64,000 nucleotides of DNA from NCBI GenBank assembly GCA_003598025.1, contig QZKH01000002.1:270501-334500 (forward strand), given 5' to 3'. Shown here one piece after another: positions 1 to 9,033 of this stretch (within the stretch, counting starts at the first letter, position 1; every line of letters begins with the position of its first letter). The stretch is from Candidatus Omnitrophota bacterium (GTDB taxonomy: Bacteria; Omnitrophota; Gorgyraeia; Gygaellales; Profunditerraquicolaceae). A program made the translations under genes and the position numbers. The notes beneath the pieces were generated by a model. It did no database searches, had not been told where the DNA came from, and saw only the letters and a list, made by a program, of their open reading frames with translations.

Positions 1-493
1 GACCCTGGCGATGTCAGATGCTTTGGCAGTCTGCCTGCTTGAAAGCAAAGGCTTTAAGAAGAGCGATTTTGCTTTCTTCCACCCCGGCGGAGCATTAGGC
101 AAAAGGCTGCTGCTTAAAGTAGAGGATATCATGCGTAAGGGCAGGGATAACCCGGTGGTAAAAGCAGAAGAAAGAGTGGATAAAGTCCTGGTTAAGATCA
201 CCCAGGTAAGAGCAGGTTCAGCCACTATCGTGGACACAAGCGGAAGGGTAAAAGGCATTTTTACTGACGGCGATTTAAGAAGGCACTTAGAGAAGGATAA
301 GAACCTCGCCAGCCGCAGGATAAAAGAAGTAATGACAAAGAACCCGACTGTAGTCGGCAAAGATATGCTGGCAGCCGAAGCTATGCGTATAATGCGCCAG
401 AAGAGAATAGATGAGATACCGGTTGTAAATAAAAAAGGTATTGCTATAGGCCTGTTGGATATCCAGGACCTTTTAAAATCCGGAGTTGTCTGA
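1..493 (+). CDS. kdsD: Arabinose-5-phosphate isomerase KdsD/KpsF, C-terminal part (end of SIS domain + CBS pair); 5' end lies upstream of the window
   Basis: Translation 'FFHPGGALGKRLLLKVEDIM...' followed by two CBS-like segments; gene order kdsD-kdsC-lptC/A-lptB matches the E. coli yrbG-kdsD-kdsC-lptCAB operon. Confidence 0.75.
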   Translation, partial: TLAMSDALAVCLLESKGFKKSDFAFFHPGGALGKRLLLKVEDIMRKGRDNPVVKAEERVDKVLVKITQVRAGSATIVDTSGRVKGIFTDGDLRRHLEKDKNLASRRIKEVMTKNPTVVGKDMLAAEAMRIMRQKRIDEIPVVNKKGIAIGLLDIQDLLKSGVV

Positions 494-1020
494 TGCAGGG
501 AGACCTTATAGATAAAGCTAAAATGATCAAGGTCCTTTTGCTTGATGTCGACGGGGTTTTGACTGACGGAAGGATAATCTATGATTCCGCAGGCCGCGAT
601 ATGAAATTATTCGACGTGCATGACGGCCTGGGGGTAGCGTTATTGCATAAATCAGGGATACCCACGGTTTTGATTACCGCAAAAGGCTCCAGGGCGATTA
701 AGCCGCGGGCAAAGGATATGAAAGTCGCCAGGATATATGAAAATATCTCCCCCAAGACAGCCGTATTAGATAAGATTATTAAGAAATATAAAATAAAGCC
801 CGAAGAATTATGTTTTATCGGAGATGACCTGGTCGACCTCTGTTTATTAAAGCGGGTAGGCCTGGCCGTTTCAGTCGCCAATGCCTGCGCAGAAGTAAAG
901 AAGATAAGCCACTATACCACCGCTAAGGAAGGCGGCAGGGGCGCGGTGCGCGAAGTAGCTGAGATGATCCTTAAATCACAGGGAAAATGGCAAGAGGCGA
1001 TAAGGAAATATGAGGCTTAA
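493..1020 (+). CDS. kdsC: 3-deoxy-D-manno-octulosonate 8-phosphate phosphatase (HAD family)
   Basis: HAD motif 'LLLDVDGVLTDG', 'GDDLVDL', ~175 aa; operon context with kdsD/lpt genes. Confidence 0.8.
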   Translation: MQGDLIDKAKMIKVLLLDVDGVLTDGRIIYDSAGRDMKLFDVHDGLGVALLHKSGIPTVLITAKGSRAIKPRAKDMKVARIYENISPKTAVLDKIIKKYKIKPEELCFIGDDLVDLCLLKRVGLAVSVANACAEVKKISHYTTAKEGGRGAVREVAEMILKSQGKWQEAIRKYEA

Positions 1021-1900
1021 ATTCTTCTTCATCTGTTCTTTGTTTTTATTAAGTTTATGTTTTATCGCGCCTCTTTATGCCCAGACAAAGCAGGAAGGTG
1101 CCCAGGAGATAAGCGATTTTTCCCTTGCCGGTTACGGCGAAAAGGGAAAGAAGTCCTGGGATATCGCAGGAAAGTCAGCCAATATCCTTAACGATATCGT
1201 CAAGCTTGACGATATTACGGGCAACCTATACGGCGAAGATGATGTAAAGCTTACCGCAGATAAGGGGGATTTTGATAAGAGCCAGGCAAAGGTCCACCTG
1301 CAGGATAATGTCGTCATCACTACCGCATCAGGGGCAAAGCTGACCACTGATTCCCTTGACTGGGACAGGAAGAAACAGGAAGTCAAAACGAGTGATCCGG
1401 TCAATATCCAAAGGGATAACATTACCACTACCGGGGTAGGCGCCTTGGGTGAGCCGAGCTTAAAGAAAGTTACCCTTAATAAACAGGTAAAAGTTGATAT
1501 TGACGCAGAGCAAAATCCCAAAGCTGGCGCACCTCAAGAGAAAGTAGTGATAACCTGCGACGGCCCGCTTACGATAGATTATGAAAAGAACATCGCGGTT
1601 TTTAATAACAACGTAAAAGTAGTGCGTCAGGATTCAGTGATATACAGCGATACTATGGATGTTTATTTTATTGCCAATAGCGGCAACAAGGGAAAGATAA
1701 ATACAGCAGGCAATGCTGCATTGGGCAGTAAAATCGACAAAATAATTTCCCGCGGCAACGTAAAAGTAGTGCGCGGGGAGAATGTTTCTTACAGCGATGA
1801 GGCAGTTTATACGGCAGCCGATAAAAAGATCGTATTAAGCGGCCGCCCCAGGCTTGAAATATATTCATCGGAGGATTTAGATGCATCTTTTGGAAATTAA
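1010..1900 (+). CDS. Periplasmic OstA-like LPS transport protein, apparent LptC-LptA fusion (N-terminal signal/anchor + two OstA-like beta-jellyroll halves)
   Basis: Hydrophobic N-terminus, 296 aa (about LptC+LptA length), repeated 'K-V-x-L-x-D-N-V / T-A-D-K' OstA-like segments; sits exactly where lptC and lptA lie between kdsC and lptB in E. coli. Confidence 0.55.
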   Translation: MRLKFFFICSLFLLSLCFIAPLYAQTKQEGAQEISDFSLAGYGEKGKKSWDIAGKSANILNDIVKLDDITGNLYGEDDVKLTADKGDFDKSQAKVHLQDNVVITTASGAKLTTDSLDWDRKKQEVKTSDPVNIQRDNITTTGVGALGEPSLKKVTLNKQVKVDIDAEQNPKAGAPQEKVVITCDGPLTIDYEKNIAVFNNNVKVVRQDSVIYSDTMDVYFIANSGNKGKINTAGNAALGSKIDKIISRGNVKVVRGENVSYSDEAVYTAADKKIVLSGRPRLEIYSSEDLDASFGN

Positions 1901-2603
1901 AAACTTATCCAAATCTTATGACGGCAGGCAGGTGGTCAAAGGAGTGGATATCCTGGTAAAAAGAGGCGAGATAGTCGGGCTCCTGGGGCCAAACGGCGCG
2001 GGAAAGACCACGACTTTTTATATGGTAGTCGGAGTCATCCCGCCGGAAAAAGGAAAGATAGTCTTTGATAATCAGGATATAACCAACCTGCCTATCCATG
2101 AGCGCGCGCATTACGGCATAGCTTATCTATCGCAGGAGGCTTCAGTATTCAGGAAGCTTACCGTAGAGGAGAATATATCGTCAATACTTGAGACGCTTCC
2201 CATATCGCGCGCCGAAAGGAAGCGTAAGCTAGGGATACTGCTTGATGAATTGAATATCGCGCACCTTGCCAAGAACAAAGCATATACTTTATCAGGCGGG
2301 GAAAGAAGAAGGCTTGAGATAACGCGCGCGCTTGTCACCAACCCTTCTTTTATACTCCTTGATGAGCCATTTTCCGGCATAGACCCGATAGTAGTCAGCG
2401 AAGCGCAGGAGATAATAAAGGAGCTTAAGGAAAAAGGCTTAGGGATACTGCTTACCGACCACAATGTACGTGAGACCCTTTCTATCACAGACAGGGCTTA
2501 TTTAATAGCCGAAGGAAAAATATTAATATCCGGCTCAGCGCAGGAATTGATAGACAACCCTAAGGCAAGGGAAGTTTATCTGGGTGAGAAGTTCAGGATG
2601 TAG
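1881..2603 (+). CDS. lptB: LPS export ABC transporter ATP-binding protein LptB
   Basis: Walker A 'GPNGAGKTT', ABC signature 'LSGGERRR', Walker B 'ILLDEP'; 240 aa. Confidence 0.9.
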   Translation: MHLLEIKNLSKSYDGRQVVKGVDILVKRGEIVGLLGPNGAGKTTTFYMVVGVIPPEKGKIVFDNQDITNLPIHERAHYGIAYLSQEASVFRKLTVEENISSILETLPISRAERKRKLGILLDELNIAHLAKNKAYTLSGGERRRLEITRALVTNPSFILLDEPFSGIDPIVVSEAQEIIKELKEKGLGILLTDHNVRETLSITDRAYLIAEGKILISGSAQELIDNPKAREVYLGEKFRM

Positions 2604-2723
2604 TTATTTAGTTGATTCGTTGATTCGTTGAACCGTTGAATCGTTTAATCGAAGAAAACGAGATTAACTAATCAACGAGTAAACTAATCAACTATTCAAC
2701 GATTAAACGATAAAGGAGTTAAC
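2604..2723. repeat. Intergenic imperfect palindrome (~45-nt arms) built of GTTGATTC/GTTGAACC/GTTTAATC words and their reverse complements; shares modules with 31492-31591
   Basis: Left arm 'agttgattcgttgattcgttgaaccgttgaatcgtttaatcg', right arm 'taatcaacgagtaaactaatcaactattcaacgattaaacgat'. Confidence 0.7.
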
Positions 2724-3596
2724 GTGAAAACAGCAGTAAAGAAGCTTGATGCAACTAAAAGGGAAATGTCAATCGAGGTAACAGGCGAGGTCATAAAGAA
2801 TAAATTTGAAGACGTGATAAAGAAGATATCCAAAGAGGCAAAGGTCCCTGGATTCCGCCCGGGCCATGCGCCCCGGGATCTCATTGAGAAGAATTTCTCC
2901 GGCGCCATACGCGAACAGGTCCTAAAAGAGCTCGTCCCGGAATTATACAACCAGGCGATAGAAAAGGAAGCGTTGGATGTAATAGAGCTTCCGGATATCT
3001 CAGATATAAAACTTGATAATGTTACGCTTACTTTCAAGGCGACGGTTGAAACAGCCCCCGAAATAGCGCTTAAGAATTACAAGAAGTTGAAAGTCAGCTA
3101 TAAGAATGTAGAAGTAACGCCTGATGACGTTAAGCGCAGCATAGATTCGCTTAAGGAATCAAGGAAGCTGGATAATCTTGACGATAATTTTGCCCGCGGA
3201 TTAGGGTATCCTACGCTTGCAGATCTGGAGAAGACAATAGAAAAACAGCTCTTCCTGCAAAAGGAACACCAGCAGAGGCAGAAGATGGAAGAGGAGATAA
3301 TCGAACAGCTCAATTCCCAGGCGGATTTTAAGATACCTGCGACACTCATCGAACGCCAGATAAATGATATGCTCAGGCAGACAAAGATAGACCTGGCAAT
3401 GAAGGGGATACCTGCTGAAAGAGTGGATGAAAGAGAGAAGGAATTAAGGAAAGAGATGGAGCCGCAGGCAAAAAAACAGGTCAAGACTTACCTGATTCTA
3501 TCCGAGATCGCAAAGAAGGAAAAGATAGAACTTAACGACCACATGCCGCATAATGTAATGGAGTTTTTGTTAAGAGAAGCGGAATGGAAAGGTTAG
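2724..3596 (+). CDS. tig: Trigger factor, short form (ribosome-binding N domain + C-terminal chaperone domain, no FKBP/PPIase domain)
   Basis: TF signature 'GFRPGHAP' near the N-terminus; 290 aa versus ~430 aa typical; immediately upstream of clpP as in the canonical tig-clpP(-clpX) arrangement. Confidence 0.75.
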   Translation: MKTAVKKLDATKREMSIEVTGEVIKNKFEDVIKKISKEAKVPGFRPGHAPRDLIEKNFSGAIREQVLKELVPELYNQAIEKEALDVIELPDISDIKLDNVTLTFKATVETAPEIALKNYKKLKVSYKNVEVTPDDVKRSIDSLKESRKLDNLDDNFARGLGYPTLADLEKTIEKQLFLQKEHQQRQKMEEEIIEQLNSQADFKIPATLIERQINDMLRQTKIDLAMKGIPAERVDEREKELRKEMEPQAKKQVKTYLILSEIAKKEKIELNDHMPHNVMEFLLREAEWKG

Positions 3597-3821
3597 TTCG
3601 TAGCAATATGGGTCACAAAGTCACACGACACAAAGACACAAGGTCATAAGGTCACAAGAACGCCATACTCAATACGCACTACGCAATACGACCGAAGGGA
3701 GTCCTGAGCGACATGTGGTGAGCGAAGTCGAACCAAGTCGAAGGACGCAATACGTTCAGTAATCTGTGATCTGTGAACTGTGCACAAATATTTTATTAAA
3801 TCTTTTAAAAGGGAGGATGTA
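3597..3821. repeat. Long (225 nt) tig-clpP intergenic region made of degenerate tandem 7-9 nt words (CACAAAG/ACACAAGG/TCATAAGG/TCACAAG; CAATACGCACTACGCAATACGACC; GAGCGA/AGTCGAA; ATCTGTGATCTGTGAACTGTGCAC)
   Basis: Direct reading of the sequence; no ORF with coding character; clpP RBS GGGAGG at its 3' end. Confidence 0.6.
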
Positions 3822-4427
3822 ATGTCGACTAAAATGCAGACTTTGGTTCCGATGGTCATCGAACAGACATCGCGCGGTTACGAAAGGGCTTATGATATTT
3901 ATTCACGCCTTCTAAAGGACAGGATAATCTTTATCGGCACGCCTATCGATGATGTTGTCGCAAACCTGGTTATTGCCCAAATGCTTTTCCTGCAGATGGA
4001 AGACGTTAAGAAAGATATAAATATATATATAAATTCTCCCGGCGGTTCCGTTACATCGGGCCTGGCGATATATGATACGATGCAGTTTGTAAAATGCGAC
4101 GTGGCTACTTATTGCGTGGGGCAAGCTGCCAGCATGGGGGCTTTGTTATTATGCGCCGGCACCAAAGGCAAAAGGTTCGTATTGCCGAATTCGCGGGTGA
4201 TGATACACCAGCCGTGGGGAGGCATACAGGGAGTGGCTGCGGATATCTCTATTCATGCAAAAGAGATACTTAAGATGCGCGATAAGATAAACGAGATACT
4301 TGCCCATCATACAGGCAAGACCGTTGATAAATTGCAGAAGGATACTGACAGGGATTATTTTATGTCTGCGCAGGAAGCAAAAGATTACGGCCTCGTAGAC
4401 GAAGTAATAGCAGAAAAAAAGAAATAA
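3822..4427 (+). CDS. clpP: ATP-dependent Clp protease proteolytic subunit
   Basis: ClpP motifs 'GQAASMG' (Ser) and 'MIHQP' (His); SD GGGAGG 5 nt upstream of the ATG at 3822 (the ORF track's GTG at 3780 is probably too long). Confidence 0.9.
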   Translation: MSTKMQTLVPMVIEQTSRGYERAYDIYSRLLKDRIIFIGTPIDDVVANLVIAQMLFLQMEDVKKDINIYINSPGGSVTSGLAIYDTMQFVKCDVATYCVGQAASMGALLLCAGTKGKRFVLPNSRVMIHQPWGGIQGVAADISIHAKEILKMRDKINEILAHHTGKTVDKLQKDTDRDYFMSAQEAKDYGLVDEVIAEKKK

Positions 4428-4458
4428 CAGGCAATAATATAATTCTTCGGAGGAAAAG

Positions 4459-5595
4459 ATGAAGAAAAAATACCTACTTACCCCAGGGCCTACTCCGGTT
4501 CCTCCTCAGGTAGCTGAGGTCATGAGCCGGCCGATAATCCATCACCGCACCCCGCAGTTCCAGGCTGTGCTTAAGGAAGCGGTTGAGGGGCTAAAGTATA
4601 TTTATCAGACTAAAAACGATTGTTTCATACTTACATCTTCGGGTACGGGGGCGATGGAGGCGGCAGTCGTGAACCTGCTTAGCCCCGGTGATTACGCCCT
4701 GGTGGTCGAGGGCGGGAAATTCGGCGAGAGATGGACGGAATTGTGCAAGAAATATTCGGTCAATGCCGAGGTTATTACCGTAGAATGGGGTAAGGCAGTC
4801 AGCCCAGAGGAGATAAAGAAACGCCTTCAGGCTAATCCTAAAATCAAAGTGGTGTTTACTACTTTATGCGAAACTTCAACCGGCGTTGATAACGATATAA
4901 AGGCAATCGGGGATGTGGTGGGCGCAACAAATGCTGCTTTGGTTGTTGATGCTATAAGCGGTTTAGGCGCCATCAATATTAAAACCGATGAATGGAAGTG
5001 CGATATCGTAGTATCAGGCTCACAGAAGGGCCTTATGCTCCCGCCGGGGTTAAGTTTTATATCCGTTAGCAGTAAGGCGTGGAATTTGATTAAGGATTCG
5101 AAATTACCGAAATATTATTTTGACCTTACCGCGGCAAAGAAGGCATGGGATAAGACAGACACGCCTTTTACGCCTGCGCTTACCCTTGTGATTGCTTTAG
5201 CCGAGGCATTAAAGATAATGAAAGAAGACGGCCTTGAAAATATATTTGCCAGGCATATCAGAATGGCAGATGCGACAAGGGCCGCCGTAAAGGCAATAGG
5301 GCTGGAATTATTTGCGCCTACTGCCGCATCTAACGCCGTTACCGCTGTCAAGGTCCCTGCGGGTATCGACGGAGAAAAACTGGTAAAGGCCATGCGCGAT
5401 ACCTACGGCATAACTATTGCCGGAGGCCAGGCTGAGCTTAAAGGCAAGGTCATCAGGATCGCGCATATGGGTTTCATAGAAGAGTTTGATATTATTGTAG
5501 GTATAAGCTGCCTTGAAAAGGTCCTCACCCAGATGGGTTATAAGTTTAACATAGGCGAAGGAGTTAAGGCCGCGCAGCAGGTTTTTCTGAAGTGA
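4459..5595 (+). CDS. Class-V (AGXT/SerC-type) PLP aminotransferase, probable phosphoserine aminotransferase
   Basis: N-terminus 'LLTPGPTPVPPQV', PLP-lysine region 'SGSQKGLMLPPG'; adjacent to serA. Confidence 0.7.
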   Translation: MKKKYLLTPGPTPVPPQVAEVMSRPIIHHRTPQFQAVLKEAVEGLKYIYQTKNDCFILTSSGTGAMEAAVVNLLSPGDYALVVEGGKFGERWTELCKKYSVNAEVITVEWGKAVSPEEIKKRLQANPKIKVVFTTLCETSTGVDNDIKAIGDVVGATNAALVVDAISGLGAINIKTDEWKCDIVVSGSQKGLMLPPGLSFISVSSKAWNLIKDSKLPKYYFDLTAAKKAWDKTDTPFTPALTLVIALAEALKIMKEDGLENIFARHIRMADATRAAVKAIGLELFAPTAASNAVTAVKVPAGIDGEKLVKAMRDTYGITIAGGQAELKGKVIRIAHMGFIEEFDIIVGISCLEKVLTQMGYKFNIGEGVKAAQQVFLK

Positions 5596-5701
5596 CGTTT
5601 ATCATTTAATCAATGCTGATTAAGGCGCAGTTTTAACTTGCGCCTGCGGCGGATCATAATGATGTTCTTAATTAGCGATCATTCGCGTTAATAAAAGGAG
5701 C

Positions 5702-7294
5702 ATGGATATGGTTAAAATACTGGTTTGCGACTCGATGTCAGAAGAGGGGCTCAGTGTAATCAAAGATGTCAAAGGCTTTCAGGTAGATATAAAAACAGGC
5801 TTAAAGCCCGAGGAGCTTAAGGCTATCATAGGCGAATATGATGCGGTTATCGTGCGCAGCGCGACCAAGCTGACTAAGGACATCATTGAAAAGGCATCAA
5901 GGCTTAAAGTTATCGGCCGTGCAGGCGTGGGGTTAGATAACGTGGATTTAGATAGCGCGACCGCAAAAGGCGTTATTGTCATGAATACGCCTGCGGGAAA
6001 CACTATATCTACAGCAGAACATACCTTCAGTATGATACTGTCTTTATCAAGGAATATACCACAGGCGAATGTATCCACAAAGAATGGAGAATGGAAACGT
6101 TCCAAATTTATGGGCGTCGAGCTCTACAATAAAGTCTTAGGGATAGTCGGTTTCGGCAGAATAGGAAAAGAGGTAGCAAAGCGGGCGCTTTCTTTCGGGA
6201 TGAAAATACTTGCATATGACCCGTTTTTATCAAAAGAGGTTGCCGAGAGCTTAGGTATTGAAGTAGCTGAATTAAACAAGGTTTTGTCCGAGAGCGATTA
6301 CATAACTGTGCATACCCCTCTTACCGAGGAGACCAGGCACATGATATCAACTAAAGAATTCAATATGATGAAGAAGGGCGTACGCCTGGTAAATTGCGCC
6401 CGCGGCGGGATCATTGATGAGGCGGCTTTGGCTTTAGCAGTCAAAGAAGGAAAAGTAGCAGGCGCAGCTTTGGATGTGTTCGAGAAGGAGCCGGTTAATA
6501 CCGATAACGAATTATTAAAGCTTGATAATGTTATCATTACCCCCCATCTGGGCGCCTCAACAGAAGAGGCGCAGGTAAATGTAGCCATAGAGATTTCAGA
6601 GTGCATAAGGGATTATCTTTTGAATAAAGGCATAAGGAACGCGGCTAACTATCCGTGCCTTGAGGCGGAGGTATGTAAGACTATAGAGCCGTATATCAAC
6701 CTTGCGGATAAATTGGGTTCTTTTGCCAGCCAGCTTTCCGACGGAAGGTTCCAGGAGGTAAATGTCATTTACAGCGGGGATATCACCGCTAATAACCTTG
6801 CCCCTTTGACCATGGCGCTGACCAAAGGCCTGCTTAGCCCGATATTAAAAGAGACGGTCAATTTTATTAATGCCATTGCTATCGCTAAAGAAAGAGGCAT
6901 TAATATCAAGGAATCCAGATCAAGCAAAGAAGAAGAGTTTGTCAACCTCATCAAAGTTGAAATAAAGACCGATAAGGATACAAGGCAGGTTTGCGGCACA
7001 CTTTCTTCCAATAAACAGCCCAGGATAGTCAAGATAGACGAATATTATGTTGAGGCAACCCCTCAGGGAGACATGCTTATGATAAGGAACCTTGACCGTC
7101 CCGGCATTATCGGAAGCCTCGGTACTTTATTAGGCAAGCATAATATAAATATCGCGGCGATGAGTTTCGGCAGGAAGACGCAGGGCGGGGAAGCTATCAG
7201 TGTTTTAAACGTGGATAGCCCTATATCAGGCGAGCTTCTTGAAAGCATCAGAAAACTGGAGAATATATTATCTGCCAAGGTGGTGAAAATATGA
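5702..7294 (+). CDS. serA: D-3-phosphoglycerate dehydrogenase with C-terminal ASB/ACT regulatory domains
   Basis: NAD motif 'GIVGFGRIGKEVA', catalytic 'CARGGIIDE' and 'HLGASTEEAQ'; 530 aa. Confidence 0.9.
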   Translation: MDMVKILVCDSMSEEGLSVIKDVKGFQVDIKTGLKPEELKAIIGEYDAVIVRSATKLTKDIIEKASRLKVIGRAGVGLDNVDLDSATAKGVIVMNTPAGNTISTAEHTFSMILSLSRNIPQANVSTKNGEWKRSKFMGVELYNKVLGIVGFGRIGKEVAKRALSFGMKILAYDPFLSKEVAESLGIEVAELNKVLSESDYITVHTPLTEETRHMISTKEFNMMKKGVRLVNCARGGIIDEAALALAVKEGKVAGAALDVFEKEPVNTDNELLKLDNVIITPHLGASTEEAQVNVAIEISECIRDYLLNKGIRNAANYPCLEAEVCKTIEPYINLADKLGSFASQLSDGRFQEVNVIYSGDITANNLAPLTMALTKGLLSPILKETVNFINAIAIAKERGINIKESRSSKEEEFVNLIKVEIKTDKDTRQVCGTLSSNKQPRIVKIDEYYVEATPQGDMLMIRNLDRPGIIGSLGTLLGKHNINIAAMSFGRKTQGGEAISVLNVDSPISGELLESIRKLENILSAKVVKI

Positions 7295-9033
7295 AGAGAT
7301 TAAGCCTGTTATCGGTGCTTTTAAGAAAAAGCTTATTTTTGTTGTTAGTTATCCTTCTGCAGCATGCTGCCAGCGCTGAAGAGGTAGTCCTGCTTTATAC
7401 CGGGCAGACCCATGCCATGATCTATACCTGCAGCTGCCCGTTAGAAAAAGACGGCGGAATTAGCAGGCGCGCAACGCTGGTAAAGGAGATGAGGCAAAAA
7501 TACCCGGACCTATTGCTATTGGATGCAGGCGCATTTACTGCCGGCGGGCCATTAGATGAATTTACGCAGAACAGCCAGCTTGATATGCAGCGCTCAAAAA
7601 TAAATTTCAAGGCGATGGAGATGATGCGTTATGATGCCGTAAATATCGGCAATGACGAATTCAATTTCGGAAGGGATTTTCTGGAGAAGGAAGCTGTAAA
7701 TTCCGGTATTAAGTTCCTTTCCTGCAATATAAATAAATCAAAGAGCATATTGCCTTATATGATAAAAAAAGTAAAAGGCACAAGGATCGGGATAATCGGC
7801 CTTACAGACCTCGGGGCGATGCCGAAGGCCCAGGGTTTAGAATTCGTTGAGCCGGTAGCAGCGCTTAAGAATACGATTACCAAAGTAAGAAAAGAAGCCG
7901 ATATAATCATTGTATTAAGCCACCTTGGTGAATCCGGAGATTTAAGCCTGATTAATAATGTGCCGGGGATAGATGTGCTTATATCCGGCGGGTTGCAGAC
8001 AGGCAAGGAGCCGTTTGTCAAAGTGAATTCAACGCTTATGCTTCGGCCGTCATGGCAGGCGAGGAAGCTGAATAAGGCAGTGCTTGATATAGGTAACAAG
8101 AAAATAACAAAATTCAGCGTTGATGATACCAGGCTCTCTGACAAGATAAAAGATGATGCGGAAATATTAAAGATCATGCCTGATTGTTTTTCCGGAGCCA
8201 ACTGCAAGAAAGAGGGTTTTATCGGCCAGTGTATTGAGCCGGGCACAATGAATTCCAAATGTAAATTTGAAAAAGCGCAGCAGGTCAACATCACTGTAAT
8301 CAAGCCCAAAGACTGTGTTACCTGCAATACGGAGGGCGTGCTCGGGTTCTTTAAAAAGGTATTTTCTAACCTTAAAATTATTAACATTGAATATCCCGGC
8401 AAACAGGCAGAGGAGATAATCGCTTCAGTCAAGCCTGAGAGCCTGCCGCTTTATCTTTTTGATGAGAGTATTGTCAAAGATGAGGCATATGTTAAGCTAA
8501 AGAACAGCATAATGCAGAATGGCAAGTATTATGTAGTAGACCCGAAGTTCAGCGGTTTCTCATATTTCCTGGGCAGGAATAAAGCTGCAGGGCAACGGGA
8601 CCTGTTTATCAATTTGTTTGAGAAAGATGCGGCAAGCGTACTTGAGGCGGTAAAAGAGTTTAATCCTGCAGTGCATTTTTTTGCCAGCGAGAATGAAAAA
8701 GCCGCAGGCGGAAGCAATGCTTATCAGGAAGAGGAATACATGCGCGCTGTTTGCATAGAGAAATATTACCCGCAGGATTTCTGGGATTATATAACCTGCA
8801 GAAGCAAAAATATTTACAGCAGCTGGTGGCAGGATTGTTTGGGCAAGCTTGATCCCAATAAGATCTCTGCTTGTGCCAGGTCAGCTGAAGGCAAAGAGCT
8901 GTTGGATAAGAATTCCGGCTTGACAAAAGAGCTTAAGATTAATTTTGGCCCGACCTTTCTTATGAATAACCAGGAGATCTTCGGGATAAAAGGCGCGCCG
9001 AATAAGGAAGAGTTGAAGAGTATAATAAAGTAA
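7291..9033 (+). CDS. Secreted hypothetical protein: degenerate 5'-nucleotidase/metallophosphoesterase-like N-domain + Cys-rich linker + DsbA/thioredoxin-like C-domain lacking CxxC
   Basis: Signal-peptide-like N-terminus; 'LLLLDAGAFTAGG' and 'VNIGNDEFNFG' resemble UshA 'DAGDxxQG'/'GNHEFD' but with the metal ligands replaced; C-terminal 'GPTFLMNNQEIFG' is DsbA-like. Confidence 0.45.
   Translation: MKRLSLLSVLLRKSLFLLLVILLQHAASAEEVVLLYTGQTHAMIYTCSCPLEKDGGISRRATLVKEMRQKYPDLLLLDAGAFTAGGPLDEFTQNSQLDMQRSKINFKAMEMMRYDAVNIGNDEFNFGRDFLEKEAVNSGIKFLSCNINKSKSILPYMIKKVKGTRIGIIGLTDLGAMPKAQGLEFVEPVAALKNTITKVRKEADIIIVLSHLGESGDLSLINNVPGIDVLISGGLQTGKEPFVKVNSTLMLRPSWQARKLNKAVLDIGNKKITKFSVDDTRLSDKIKDDAEILKIMPDCFSGANCKKEGFIGQCIEPGTMNSKCKFEKAQQVNITVIKPKDCVTCNTEGVLGFFKKVFSNLKIINIEYPGKQAEEIIASVKPESLPLYLFDESIVKDEAYVKLKNSIMQNGKYYVVDPKFSGFSYFLGRNKAAGQRDLFINLFEKDAASVLEAVKEFNPAVHFFASENEKAAGGSNAYQEEEYMRAVCIEKYYPQDFWDYITCRSKNIYSSWWQDCLGKLDPNKISACARSAEGKELLDKNSGLTKELKINFGPTFLMNNQEIFGIKGAPNKEELKSIIK

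Noticed and set aside
2604-2723. Whether the GTTGATTC-type repeats could be a CRISPR array
   Set aside because: The units are 8 nt and degenerate. There are no unique spacers of regular length, only two loci far apart, and no cas genes.
3597-3821. A tRNA or other small RNA gene in the long tig-clpP spacer
   Set aside because: I could not find a cloverleaf with acceptor/T-arm complementarity or a GTTC(G/A)A T-loop box. I left it as an unexplained repeat region instead.
5596-5701. serC-serA spacer palindromes (TTAATCA-atgc-TGATTAA; GGCGCA-N9-TGCGCC)
   Set aside because: These are short, ordinary hairpins consistent with a weak terminator or operator. They are not distinctive enough to call.
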